Shown here piece by piece: positions 1-14,000 of a DNA stretch of 64,000 bases. The notes under the pieces were generated by a model. The model had not been told where the DNA came from. It ran no database searches and saw only the letters and a program-made list of their open reading frames with translations. The DNA is taken from assembly GCF_006345805.1 (NCBI RefSeq), contig NC_042998.1, forward strand, positions 45,942,001-46,006,000, written 5' to 3'. The DNA is from Octopus sinensis (Eukaryota). Made by a program: the position numbers and the translations under genes. The stretch's first letter is position 1, and every line of letters starts with the position of its first letter.

Positions 1-457
1 AGGGTTGGCAACAGGAAAAGCATCCTGCTGTAGATCAGTCATGTGATAATGACTAATATATACCCATTATTCATTTTTATGTCTGTTTTCCCAGGCTAAC
101 ACAGGTTAGACATATATATTAGGTTTTATAGTCGGTGCCCTTCCTGTTGCTAACATTCACTTGTTTTTCAAGTAAAGGATCTCTTATTTCTCATGATTTC
201 AAAGGCATGAAATATGCAGATGATTTGCTGACAGCAGAAGTGGTAACAATGACACTGCTTGTAGCAAACAATTTTTATAGAGTGCAAATTTAAACAAATA
301 GACACATACATGCAAAGAGACATACAAATTTCCATCAACCAAATTCACTCACAAAGACCTTTGGTTAACCCAAGAAGACAACTGCTCAAGGGGCCACATA
401 GTAAAACCAAACCCAAAAAGCACATGGCTGGGCAACAAACTTCTTAACAACACAACC

Positions 458-495
<38 letters not shown>

Positions 496-1915
496 CTTCA
501 TCTTGTCATATGATTGCTGTCTTACATTCAGCCTGATTGTCTTGATTTACTTTCATTAATGAATAGTGAGACATCTGTACATCATTAGATTTAAGTGACA
601 AAAGATGGTACAACACTTCTGCTGCTCCCTCAGTTTCCATGGTAGGTTCCAGCAACAAGCATTGCAAGATGACCGGTACTATTTTCACTGCAAATTTTAT
701 GTAAAAGTATCTTTCTCTGATACCTTCCTCCATGGCTTTGTCAAAAATAATGGAATCCTCCTCTACTCCTGAGAAATTTATTTAACCTGTAGATGGGACC
801 TGGACAAGTCAGAACAGACTTGGGAGTGATGGTACCACACTTACCACAACTCTAAAATTGGAGCCTAACCACTGGATGCAGTTTAATGTCATAATCAGAT
901 ACACACACAGACACTGACATGCATATAAATGGAACATAAAAATGAGATATGAAGTCTACAAGATGCATTGCAGGCTGCAGGTCTAAGAGGTCAGCAGCTC
1001 TGAATAAGAACTGAAACAGGGTAGAGGGGACACAGCAGTAGTCCTACTGGAAACAGCCTTTTCATAGCCAGTATCACAATAAAGATAAAATCCAGCCAGC
1101 TCTCAATAAAAGATAGCCCAAGCAATGAAATTGGACAGTTTTCTCTGTTGCTATGTGTACAAGAAGGTACAGACTGTAATGAGTGATGACTCGTTCAACT
1201 AGGGAAAATGGACAAAAGCTGTTGATGACATGCTGTAATTATAATAAATTATGCAGATTCAAAATTACCAAACAAATTATGTGGCTTCTGCTTTTATGAT
1301 CATTTGCAAAGTTAAAATTTAATATATTTCGCTATATATCGAACAACAAATACTGGTAAAAATGAATGCATCTTTGTGTCTGCATTTTTATACACTAACA
1401 GGGCTTGAACTGATGGTTACAGCACAAGTCAGATTTCATTTGAGGTTACCACCCACTCTGTTAGGTGCATCAAGGATCGACACATCCATATATGACATTT
1501 CTGACAGTTTCTATGGCTGAATGCATTTCCTATTGTCACTCCCTTTACAGAATATTCTGAATGCATATTTATCATGGTACCAACACAATAGAGGTTACCA
1601 TTTCCTCAGTAGGACTAAAGATTCCCTTCTTCCTGTAGAGAGAGAAATAATTCACTTTCACAATAACTATTTAAACAAACTTTTATACAGTGCTTTAACT
1701 GAAAACACATAAACCTATCTTTAGATTCCACAGTCTACTCAGAATGGGAAAGAGATTTAGTCATAAAAAACATGCATGGTTAAAAAAAGAAAATAGCAGC
1801 AAGAACTGTATAAATTCAGTTCTCTGAAAATTCATTTTTACTTCATGTGGACATCTTCACTGTTTATAAAAGAGAGAATAAATCAAATGACATCAGAAAA
1901 TATTTTTTGCTTTAC

Positions 1916-2037
1916 CTCAAATTTTTCGAAGTGACTCTTTGATTGGCAATGGGTGTTTTTCGCAGCATTCTCATTATTATAGAATTTATGACATAACTTG
2001 CAAAAATAACCAGATACAGCAATAATATAATTCTGAC
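1916..2037 (-). CDS. Coding exon 10: C-terminal matrin-type zinc finger (GQNYIIAVSGYFCKLCHKFYNNENAAKNTHCQSKSHFEKFE)
   Basis: Acceptor tttttcctcctttatag, donor GAG|gtaaag; 122 nt, phase 1 to 0; classic G-x5-GYFCxxC...HC-x4-H matrin finger. Confidence 0.93.
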
Positions 2038-5000
2038 CTATAAAGGAGGAAAAAAAAACATTATGAAATTAAATGTATGAAATGCAGCACATGACTCCGT
2101 CTTATAACTGCTGAGCAAAGTGCTTTAGTTTGTATGTTTTTAAGAATTGTTATTATGAATGTAGTCAAGTCAGATGGGTAATTATTTGGACAGTCAAATA
2201 TATTCTTATAACTACATAAACCATAAAGTCATCAAGGAAACTGGTATGATCAATCATTAGATGAAGTTGATAGTCTCTGTTACCTCAATCTGATATAGTA
2301 GAAAGAGTTAGAAGCAGCAGCTAAGAGTTGTTTGAAAGTCTATTAGCAACAAAAGGTTTCTCTCTTTATATGAAAAATATGTAAGAAATATGATGCTACA
2401 GAGTAGAGAAACATAGACATTAATGTGGAAAACAAATGGAGATAGGAAGGAAATGAGATGAACACGACCTGTTGGGAGTAATGTTAACCTGAATGAAAGA
2501 TTATAAGAGAGCTGAGAGAGAGGTGCTAAAATATGCAGAAAAATTTATTGCTGGTATGGTCATGCAATGTGATTGGACAATGAATGCTAAATAGAAAAAT
2601 GCTTTCAATGAAAGGTACCTAAAACAAGGGTCAGATCAAGATATAATTATAGAAGAGATGGTAAAAAACTGAAATGAATGGTAATATGCTGGATTGCAAA
2701 CCAATGCAACTCTTGTCATAAGAAAAAATCAGACATTGAAACATTATGATCATTTTCCCCCCCTTACCTTTGTACCAAAAATAGCATTTTCTTTTAATCA
2801 ATTGAATTATAAAAATTTCCCAACAATTATATTTGTGGCACGTAAAAAGCACCATCCGAATCGTGGCCGAAGCCAGTGCCGCCTCGACTGGCTTCCGTGC
2901 AGGTGGCACGTAAAATGCACCAATCCGACCGTGGCCGATGCCAGCCTCGCCTGGCACCAGTGCAGGTGGCACGTAAAAAGCACCCACTACACTCACGGAG
3001 TGGTTGGCATTGGGAAGGGCATCCAGCTGTAGAAACATTGCCAGATAAGACCAGAGCCTGGTGCAGCCTTCTGGCTTCCCAGATCCCTGGTCGAACCGTC
3101 CAACCCATGCTAGCATGGAGAACGGACGTTAAACGATGATGATGATTGAATCATTGCTTTTCTTAAAAATAAGTTTGCATGGATTAAGGATGTATAAATT
3201 TGGGTTTGTTAATGCTTACTAGGACTGACAATATTATTATCTCAAAATGTTATGCTTGAAAACTTGATTAAAATGTCATTCTTGGAAAATTTCATTAAAC
3301 AGAACCAAATCAATAAAGAATAATCACCATATGTTTTGTTTTCTTCATATTCTGGTACCTCAGAATATTCTTCCATCTTATGACCCTTTCTCTACAAAAA
3401 AAAAAGTAAAACACAAACAGGAATTATAAGACACATTCAATACCATCAACATGTTTAATGTTAGTCTAAGATCATGAAGTTTATGTAAACAACAATACCT
3501 TTAAGCTAATTCATAAACTGTCTTTAAACCATTGCTATAAACCAATCAAGCTTACCACCAGAATATCCCTACCAGTTCATGATCTGTACATCTTATGTAA
3601 CTGAATTATGCTTTCTTTGAATTTTTAATCAACAACAAAAGCGGATAACCATGAAACCCATTCCAAAATTGATGAAAAGGTAGAGAATATTTGTGAAGAA
3701 ATCCTTTATAATACTGGTTATATTCTAGTTTTAAGAAAGAACTTGAAATCATTTTCAAAAGGTATTTGTCTTCACATTACCACCAACAAAAAATAATGGC
3801 AGATTAAATTATAAATGACTAATGAGCAATCTTTTCTGAATTGTTTCTTTGCACAAGATTTTCTTCTACACCAATGCAGTCCAAATTACAACACCCCAAC
3901 TCCTTCATGTGATTAATATTGTGGGATGGTCTTAAAAAAACAAATCAAGCTTCAGACATTGCAGCTGTTCAATTGTTGCAAAAGTAATGAAGTGCTGAAG
4001 AAGTTACATCTGTCAGTTACAGCAACAATGCCAATATATCTGTTTGTGTTCAATAGTGTTTAGATAGTGGATAAATTTTAGAAACATTTGGTTGTGTTTC
4101 ATGCATCTTAGCCAGTTCTAGCAGTTGTTTCTCTATTCAAATTACAATAGAAATTTAAAAAAAAAAAAAAAAAAATCCAGATAGGTTAACTACCGATGAG
4201 AAGATCCTATAAATTAGGACAAGTATCAAAATAACTTAATCCTATAATAGTTAATTTTCACAATTTAGAAATTCACTACAATACATACCAATGTTAATTA
4301 TGAGATTTAGGGAAATAACAAGAATCCTCCAGAATCAATGAGTTTTCATTACCTTAACTTTTCAGGATTTTTATATTATAGCAATGTAGATGTGGTAGAA
4401 ATTCTATACTAACCTGAAGCCCAGAACTGACTTTATTGTTGCCATATACTTCAAGGACACGTTGCTGAAGAAATAAACATAAAATTCCAAAATAAAACAA
4501 AAATCACAAATTTGTATTTTTAATTAGAATTTTGATTCACTGACGAGCTCACAAGAGAGTAAATACATGCAATTTTTTTTACACCAAAATAGTTTTACAA
4601 CACTAGATTATTACATATAATAGTTCATCAGTAGTTCAAATGATAGCTTTATATATGTGTGTGTGTGTGTGTGTATACATAAGGCCTCACATTTACAGGA
4701 GAAATTAGCGTATACCTTTCATGATGAATTGAAGTGATTTCAACCAGGAAAAAAAATCATATTTTGAGCTCAACTTATTGAAAGCATCCCTATAATTTAT
4801 GACATTTTCCTCTACATAATATATCAACATTTTAATTTTTTTGATTGTGCAATTCTTGTCTTGGAGAAGTAAAGTAAAAGTTGTCATAATTTAATGTAGA
4901 TATAGTGTGTTAAAAAATGGTATTTTCTACTTTTAGAACTTTAGATGTATTGGAATAGCTTACAAACTCGTATTCCAATGGAAGAACTATACAATTTATA

Positions 5001-8000
5001 ACCAGCTTCATAATCCAAGAGTTGGTATCATTGATAGAACTACTAACTCAATCAGTACCAAGCATTTTTCCCAACATGCAAAAAGTACAACTTTGCATAT
5101 ATGGCGGTACTTTACATTTTATTTAGATGTAATACCAAACAACTACATTAAACTACAACAGTGTACATTAGATACAATTTGTTGGATTTTAAATGTGAAC
5201 TTTAGCAAAGTGCCATTGAAACGGAGAAGAGAGAGAATATTCCTAATTTTACTAACATGTTTTGTAAAAAGGACCTAAAAATGATCTAATATAAAACTGA
5301 ATTTACTGCTTTCCTTCTAATATGCAGGTAGTATATTCTGCTATGTAATTATTTACTCTGGATTTTTTCTTTCAGATGTCATACAAAAAGTTAAATTTCC
5401 ATCAGCTAGAAAGCATTGTATCTATTTACTAATAAATCCAATACAGTAAACTGATTACAATCTTTAAAAATAAAAAAATAAAAAATACCTGATGTTCTTT
5501 AGTCTGTCTGTGTTTATTGTAAGGAATACTGAGATTGAGTTCACAAACACTGCAATAATGTTTCTTTAAACTGAAACAGAAAAAATATATGAACACTAAT
5601 AAATATCACCTTATAAATAAACACAGTCAACCAACTTGAGACAATTAAGTTGAAGAAAGAATATTAAATTATTTACATATGCAGTCTTCTCTTGTTTAAT
5701 AAACAGGCAAACAAAATGAACTCACAAATGCATTAGCAATAATGAAATACATTTTACTATAAATATCTACAGAATGAAGGAAAATTAGTTAATATAAAAA
5801 TCATGATATTACTGAACTATAAATTATTTCAACCTAATCTTAGATTTAGGAATAGTCAAATAATTTAATCCAACTTAGATGTTTATGTGACAAGAAATCA
5901 ATATCTATTGTTCAAGAAACACATTCTCTTAACAGAAGAGTAGCAGATGGTCTAATAGAATTGAACTTGTTCAAACTTATTAATATCTGGTATTAAACTT
6001 ATCATTAAACTTCAATATTATGATATTGAAGCAAAGAGATCATTTAAAGCAGATGCTATTTTTTTTTTTAAATTATTTATTGGAACCCTACTGAATATAA
6101 AATCAATAAACATATTTAAAGGACAATCATTAAAAAAAATATCATATAAATGAAAATATACATACAGATCACCACCTCTTTTTTCAATATTTCGCAAATG
6201 TTCTTCTGCTTTCAACCGGACAAACAACTGTGAAGACTTTTGTTGATGTAAATTAGCAAGATCATCCATACGAGAACGATGTTTGGTACCACGCATGTGA
6301 TTTTTAAAGTTCTACAAATAAAAGCAAAGTTATCAAGTATTATTTCCAATTTAGTGTCTCAAGCAATAAATTGATAAGAAAAGTATAAATCATATACATA
6401 CACACACATTTATACATCCAAAATATATTGCAACTTCATAACCTACATAGTATTATAGCAACACTAGTCCGATATATTACATTTTCTTAATCACAAGACA
6501 TTAGATGTGACTGTGACCTCTAGGCCATCTCCCAACCAACATGACCCTTGGTGAATGAATTTACAGCTTCCATATTCTTTCCACCTCAAAAGAACTTGTG
6601 CAAAACAAGCTGACAACAAGCTTCTCTCAGACATGTTAGAAATTGCGGCCAAATCTCTTTCAAATCACACCCTTCTTTCCTTACATAGACACCCAGTGAC
6701 TTCTTCAAGTGTTATATGTTGGTTAAGGAATTTTCATAAGGACTTGATCACAACCTGTCTTAAAAATGAAAGGACAAACTGGATTGACAAAAAGGGTAGC
6801 TGGTTACAGCTCAAACAACTTTGACCATAGGTTCGTATTGCTTGAGCTGACCTGGGCTAAACAACTTCCCAGGCAATTATATTTCTAAATCTATATCACC
6901 ACAATAAAAATACAAACAACACATATAAGAGAGAAGAAACAAACTATCAATACATTAAAAAATATTTCCTATAAAATATCAATGATTATCATTCAACATT
7001 ATATTCATAGCAAAAAAATTATGCATCACACTTCACAAATAAACTAACACAACAAGTATACATATTTCAGATACACTCAGACAAGGAAAAAGAGTATTAA
7101 AATAAACCATTTTTAAGAAATTTCTTTAAACCCTTTCACTGTGGAACTAATAAACAAAGTAGATAAAGAGAAATCAAGAAACAAGCAGAATGACAGAAAC
7201 CATTGTTCTAAGTTTTACATAAAAGCAATGACTTCACTTGGCTAATATTATACCTTTAGTCAAGATACTATATTAAACAAAATAATTAGTTACTAATTAT
7301 AATGTTTAGGTAGTAGATCTCAAAACCAAACAAAAATATACTCCAAACTAAGATCAAAAAACTTATGCAAAGAGCTATTTTTTAAATAATTTAGCAATGA
7401 CTATACACAGTGACTGGCTTAGCTAGGTGGTTGCAATAAAAAATCCTAAGCTTTTACTGAGCAAAGAACATTATTGCTTTACTAAAGAATGGGTACCACT
7501 TCCATCTTCAAACTTGAGCAGCAGGTGTTTAGAAACCATAAAAAAAAAAAAAATTTTTAAAAAGACTAGAATATCAGAATATTCAGAACTATCCAATATC
7601 AAATGTCCTTGATATTCTATATCATTACATAGGAAGATAACAATTATCTCAAATTCAAACACAGCATAGAAACCGAAAATTCAATATAAGTATATTTATC
7701 AATTTAAAACATAGGGTTCTGTGGTGGAATGAATCTCATAACCTAAATTCTCAGCAAAACAGTACATGTAAATGAAAGACTATTTTCACAATCATTCTGC
7801 CACTCTACCAAAAAATAAAACCTGAAACCCAATACAAGTTATTCCGCTTATAAGTGGAAAAGCTAATTTGTTTATTGGTACTAGCTAAATAATAATTAAA
7901 AATCTGGTTTCTTTTTATAAGAAATATGTAAATTCTATGTATTAAGAACAGAAGTTTTTAATGAAAAACCTTAATTCCACATTACATGTATTTAATATAA

Positions 8001-11000
8001 GAAATTAGAAATGTCCAACAATGTATGCGACATTAATATGTATAGGATAGTCAGCAGAAAATGAGTTTACTCAGAGTAAAATAGCTACATTTTCACTATA
8101 AAAACAAGAAGAATGTTACAGAATACAATCACTTGAAAACTGTCAAGGAAGGGATTTCAGTTGAGATCGTATACTTTGGAGCCATTTTGATAACTTCAAA
8201 CATGCTACTACATGGATTACTTTATTCTTCATACATATGGTATTATTAAGACAATATATAGCTTCATATTATAGAACAAATATTGTTTTAGTTCTTTTAC
8301 TATAGTTATGTCAGGGTATTACTTTCAAAGGTTTAGTCAATTGCATATAAATCGACCACTAAAGACGAGGATGATTGTTCACTAAATTTAAAACTTGGGG
8401 ATTCACATTTGACTATGTATGCCAATGTAGGATCAAGTCTGCTCACAATCTAGGCAATCATGTTGTATGAAAAAAAGCAGTGTATTGGTCACTTCGCACT
8501 GCTTTTTATGCTTATGTTTAAGTATATATTTTAAATATTTCTACCAAGATGTAATAATATCCTCTCTTTGTAACCTGAAATTAGTTCTTTAAATTTCTTG
8601 TTTTCAGTATTCAAAATGTATAAATCAAATTGAAAGAAACATTTCATATTTTTAAATATACCTATTTCATCTAAAAATGGAAGAAATAAAGATTCAAAAT
8701 AAGTACAGAATGGAAATATATTGATGATGCACATCACAAAGATGAGGTGAGATTTTTATGGAATTAGTCATTTAAGTTTACAACTGCAAAACATTTTAAT
8801 TTCTGGTGGCCCATTGGAACCATACCCACAAAACTCTCCTAGTACATCACAAAGTTGGTTTGCCATTGCCACTCTCTGAAGTTCAGGTTTCTCCTACAGG
8901 AATACAAGAACTCAGTACTAATTTACAGTTTAGGTGGACAGAACCATTTTGAGAGTAAAACCAGTGACAGAATGTGGAATGTTATAGCTTTGAAGCTATA
9001 ACTTAATACAGTCGTTCCTGCACCCAACTTTTTCACATATCAATATTAATTGCATCAAAATTGATCTGATGCAGTTTTAAAATGTGAATATAGAAGATTT
9101 CTAAGGCAATCTGCCATTTACACTCTCCCTCTAAACATGAGTAACAGTCAGTGACTGAGTCCATAATATAATTGAAGTAATTTACACTTCCATACTCAAT
9201 CTAACTGATAAGTCATAATGATGAATGAGTTTGAATAGGTGACATTGAATCAATTAAAAGTTTTAAAATCATAAACAACAAATCATTTTTCAGTCAACAA
9301 TAAAGTACCAACAACCACTAATATAATGTCTTTATCTTGTATTTTTACAGACTTGACAAGCTCCTACTTTGCATACTATTTTGTTGCACTATAAAGAATC
9401 ACAAGAAAACTTAAGCCATACTGATTAGTAAAATTGAAGAAATTCACTTTCTTTTACAGAATGCACCATAAAAATAATTTTTTTGAAGCACAATAACCCT
9501 TTTTGTGAGTATACTACTAATGAAATGAAAGCCTACTTGTTTATAATTTAGATTGAAAATAATCAAATATATGCAATGAGTGAGTAAAATAACTTTCTCA
9601 TTATTAAGCGGATGTTTTAAACATGAGCATCCCGGTTTTTGGAATAGGGACTGTGTATTCCTGCATGTAACAAGAGGTGACTCAACCCTTTAGCATTCAG
9701 ATTACTGTCAAATGTAAGACCCATTTATTCAGATTGTTTTGACTTAATCATGCATTATTTCATAGCTTCAAAATTTTGATGATGCAAATATTTATTTTTA
9801 GAATGACATTGTAGGGTAGGTGAGAGAGGTAGGATCTGGCCAGTTTGAACATAAAACAGGTAGAATATTTGAGCAAGATATGACCAGTTTAAATGCTAAA
9901 GGTTAAAAAGCAATTAACATTAAGAGGGACATCCAGTCATAAATCACTCGCAAAAAGTTCACTCCAGCTCATGACAGCATGGATAAACGAACTTGAAAAT
10001 TATGATGATGTTTCAAGTAACTAAAGGTTCTTACATATAATTATCATGGAAAGTTTTTATTTAATAATAATAGTAATAATAATAATTGTGTACAGTGCTC
10101 AGGTGCACTACAACTCATCTAAAGTGTATATATAATCAGGTGTAGTTTCGACGGATTTCGGGAAGCATGAGGGCCTTAAAGGATGCAGTGTCATGGCAGT
10201 CAACAACTGATGCAGGCAGTTTATTCCACGCTTCAACAACCCTGAGCGTGAAAAAATGTTTCCGAAAGTCATGGGAGCTGTGCTGTTTTCTGACTTTGTA
10301 GGCATGTCCACGTGTGTTAGACACATGGAGATCAAAAAGGTGTTCAGTGTTGTTGTTGGTGAGGTGGTTGATAACCTTGTGGGTGTTTACCAAGTCCGTC
10401 GCTAGACGCCGGAGCTTCAGTGAATCCATGCCCAGGGAAACAAGGCGCTCAGAATATGGTAGGTGTCTGATGGAGGGTATGCATTTGGTTGCACATCTCT
10501 GGACAGATTCCAGGAGGTCAATGTTCTGAGCAAGATAGGGATTCCAAACTGATGATGCGAATTCCAAGTGTGGTCGTACCATAGCTGTATACAGTTTTAA
10601 ATAGATGGCTGGAGAGCGGCTAACAAAAGTCTTGCTGAGTGATGCCAAGACACCCTCGGCCTTCTTGACAATTTTAGAGATATGCTTTGTCCAACGCAAA
10701 TCACTGCTGACAGTGATGCCTAGGTCACGCTCGCAAGAGGATTTCTTGATATCAGTGTTGTGGAGGGAGTATGTGGACGCAGGGTTTTTTCTCCCAAAAT
10801 GCATGGTGGTACACTTGTCCACAGCCAGTTTCAGTTGCCAGTCTGTGATCCATTGCTGCATTGTGTCTAGGTCTGATTGCAGGAAAGAGTTGTAGACATT
10901 TAAATATGATCACTTTAAAATGAATGAGTTTATATTACAGAAGCACAAGTGATTTCTGGCTGACTGGTATTGAAAGGGTTAAGATAACTTACTCTGCACA

Positions 11001-14000
11001 CATGTAAACTACATGGCAGGGCAGAAGTAAAATTTCAAGAGTTGTAAACAAAACTTGTATTTTTGTACTTTCCAAATTTCCAGTGGCAAGAAGCTTCAGT
11101 TACAAAATGAAATATTTTAAGTACTAAAATTGATGTTTGAAGCCGTTCTTGAATTCTTATGATACACAAGAAATTTACAAACAAATTAATTTTTATCCAA
11201 CAAATGTATATTATCTTTTAATCATCTTTAACCCTTTCGTTACTGTATATATTTTGGGATGCTCTGCGTTTCTTTCAATTACGTTAAATATAACAAAGAA
11301 TTTAGTAAAATAACTCAGTTATTATTCAGCTAGTGTTGGGAACATAAACTGTGATTAAAGTTTGGTTGAAGATTTTAATTCAAAACTTATGAAAACAAGA
11401 CATTTGTACTCAGAGCCAGAGCTGATTTCAGCCAGCTTGGTAACGAAAGGGTTAAATAAAACAAATTTTAATAGCTGAATTCTTTGTAACATTTTACTTC
11501 ACTTAGCTTCAAATAGTTTCTAATTTTTTTAATACCCATTTTTAAGTAGTTAGCTTTAGCAGATTGGATAAGAGAAAAAGATATCACTAAGAGAGATCTC
11601 TAAGAAATTACTTTCTAAGCTTATCTCCAACTACAAGATAGAAAGTAGCAAAACTGTCTGAAATTATCAGGAAACATATCATAAAGCAATGCACTTCTAC
11701 AAACAGAAAAGCAAAATAAACTAATAGATAGAACAATTGTTGGGTACAAACACCCAACAAGTACCTTATCTTGACTATTTAAAAAATGCAGACTAGATGA
11801 TGATGTATATACAAACAACCTTGAGTCAGAAGGTAAAATATGGTGGTAACTTTCTTCCAAAGCTACAAAACTTTCATGGGATGTCAAAAAGGGTGTAAAG
11901 ATCAAATGCATTCAAAAAGAGTTACTTTTCTGCCAAACTTTTGTGAGGTCTTCATATTTTTTGAAGATAAAAAAGCATAGATACTGCTAATAGTGTGACA
12001 CAAGTAAAACCAAATACCCGGCAAAATTATAACAGTATAAAGAATGCAAGACTTCCTCAAATCTTTGCAAAAGCAATCCAAGTAGAACAAAGACCCCCAG
12101 AGATCATATGATTGGACAGTAATTTGTTAAGTATATCTGTTGTTTTCTTTCTCATTTGTTCCTCCGTGCTACACTGAATGAAGTGTTGCTCTTTCTGTAG
12201 CAGAGAGTATTAACAAAACCTGTTGTCAATCAAGAAAGCTTAGACAAACAAGCTTTGTAACAATTAGAAATTTTAAACTGAATATTTATTAATTATATCT
12301 CATCAGTCTAGTAGAACCTCCCATGGTCATGAATGCTGCCTCCCTTCCTCTGACTATTAATACAATATCGATAAATGAATATGCTTGTGTGTATATTTGT
12401 CTTGACACCATGGTTGTAAATGAGCATCACCATCCTACAAGTGGCGTTGTTCATTTCCCGTCTTCTGTGAAAAACAGGTTTGGCCATGGGGAAACATGAT
12501 CTTGGTTGATTACAGGTGAGAAGTGGTGACAGGAAGGGCATTTGGACATAGAAAAATGTACCTCAATAAATTCTATCTGACCCATGCAAGATTGAAAATG
12601 CAGAGGCTAAATGAAGGTGATGATGAAAATAATCTATATGGGGAATGCAGAGCATATTAGTAGTTTAATACAAACCATAAATACTTTAACAACAAACACA
12701 ATACAAACCATAAAGCAAAGATGTATTTATATCCGTTAAGTAAAAACTTCTTTGTATAAACTCACTGTCACCACTTTGTAAGAGAAACCACTTTTCAATA
12801 GCAATCATAAACTGTACAAGGAGAGAGGATTGAAGGAAAACCAAAGAAATGTTATACATTTTCAGATCAACTGACATTCTAAGATTATCCAAATAGTCTA
12901 TCTCAGATATTTCTGTTGTTGCAAATGTCAATGGATCATAGAAAGAGAGAAACTGAATTTGAGAAATAAATTTTCAAGAGTCACTGACCAAGAATCTTCA
13001 TAGGACACATTTCCTTTGTAAAAGAAACATTATAATGCCTAAGCTTTTGAAAATAAAGAAGACCTTTTCTCATGAAAAATAGTCTTTTAAAACTATACTT
13101 TTTTTGAGAACTCTCAAAGCATTATAAGCATTATTATGATACCTTCTTAATGATGTTATAACTGTGTCTTCACCAATACTTACTTTTAATTGTTTTGCAA
13201 TATACTTTTAAAGTATATAACAAAACAATTGGAAATACTGGAAAATTGATTAGGCCTAAACACAAATACACATCATTTCATATTACTGAAATACATCACA
13301 TACACACAAGTATAAACAATATACAATGCCCAAACACACACATGCATACAATCTATATACAGCACATGAATACACAGTTAATAAAAGTATACACGAATGT
13401 GCATATAGTAAAAGGTATACATGACTTATATTTCAATTAAATTATATAAACAATATACATCACAAACACAAATATTTACATAAAATATACATCACACACT
13501 TCCACTTAGGTACAGATGGCAATGTAGATACTACACATGTACACATGTATGTACAGGCAATATTTGTAAAACACACACCCACACAAACTATTCACATACT
13601 GTTTGAAAACAGAAGCACTTGCAGGCAACATACACTACATGCATACACATATGTATATAAAAACAATATAAATTACAAAGAATATATACAAAAGAGAAAT
13701 GCACACTGCACAAATAGATTAATATGTACATATAATACACATTACACATGCACACGCATACAAGTAATATATGCTTACACACACATCTGCAATATGCACT
13801 ACACACATGTACAAGACTATATTATTTACATGAGATAATATACCTAGCACACATAAACACAGACATTATATACACAAAAAATAAATATTTATTTTGTGTA
13901 TAAAATATACACACCAAAAACAAATATGTCTGTGTGCAGTAGATATATGCATAATAATGTCTTCTAAATGGTATAGAACTTGAAGGTGAAATTATGTCTG

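Noticed and set aside
506-733. 75-aa minus-strand ORF as the next exon of the gene
   Set aside because: The nearby acceptors give immediate stops in phase 0 (GTT AAA TAA; GAG TAG), there is no recognisable motif, and it is flanked by repeat sequence.
1615-1632. Possible terminal exon (acceptor tttctctctctacag, EEGNL-stop)
   Set aside because: Phase-compatible but very short and runs directly into SINE-like sequence; cannot be preferred over an exon outside the window without transcripts.
2835-2985. Regularly spaced gtggcacgtaaaa repeats resembling a CRISPR array
   Set aside because: Eukaryotic context, spacers are related to each other, and the same subrepeats occur in the SINE copy at 50645; no cas genes.
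2631-3139. Four overlapping ORFs of 87-161 aa
   Set aside because: All derive from a GC-rich SINE repeated elsewhere in the window.
3556-3583. 28-nt poison microexon ending at donor GTG|gtaagc
   Set aside because: Good donor, but the acceptor lacks a pyrimidine tract.
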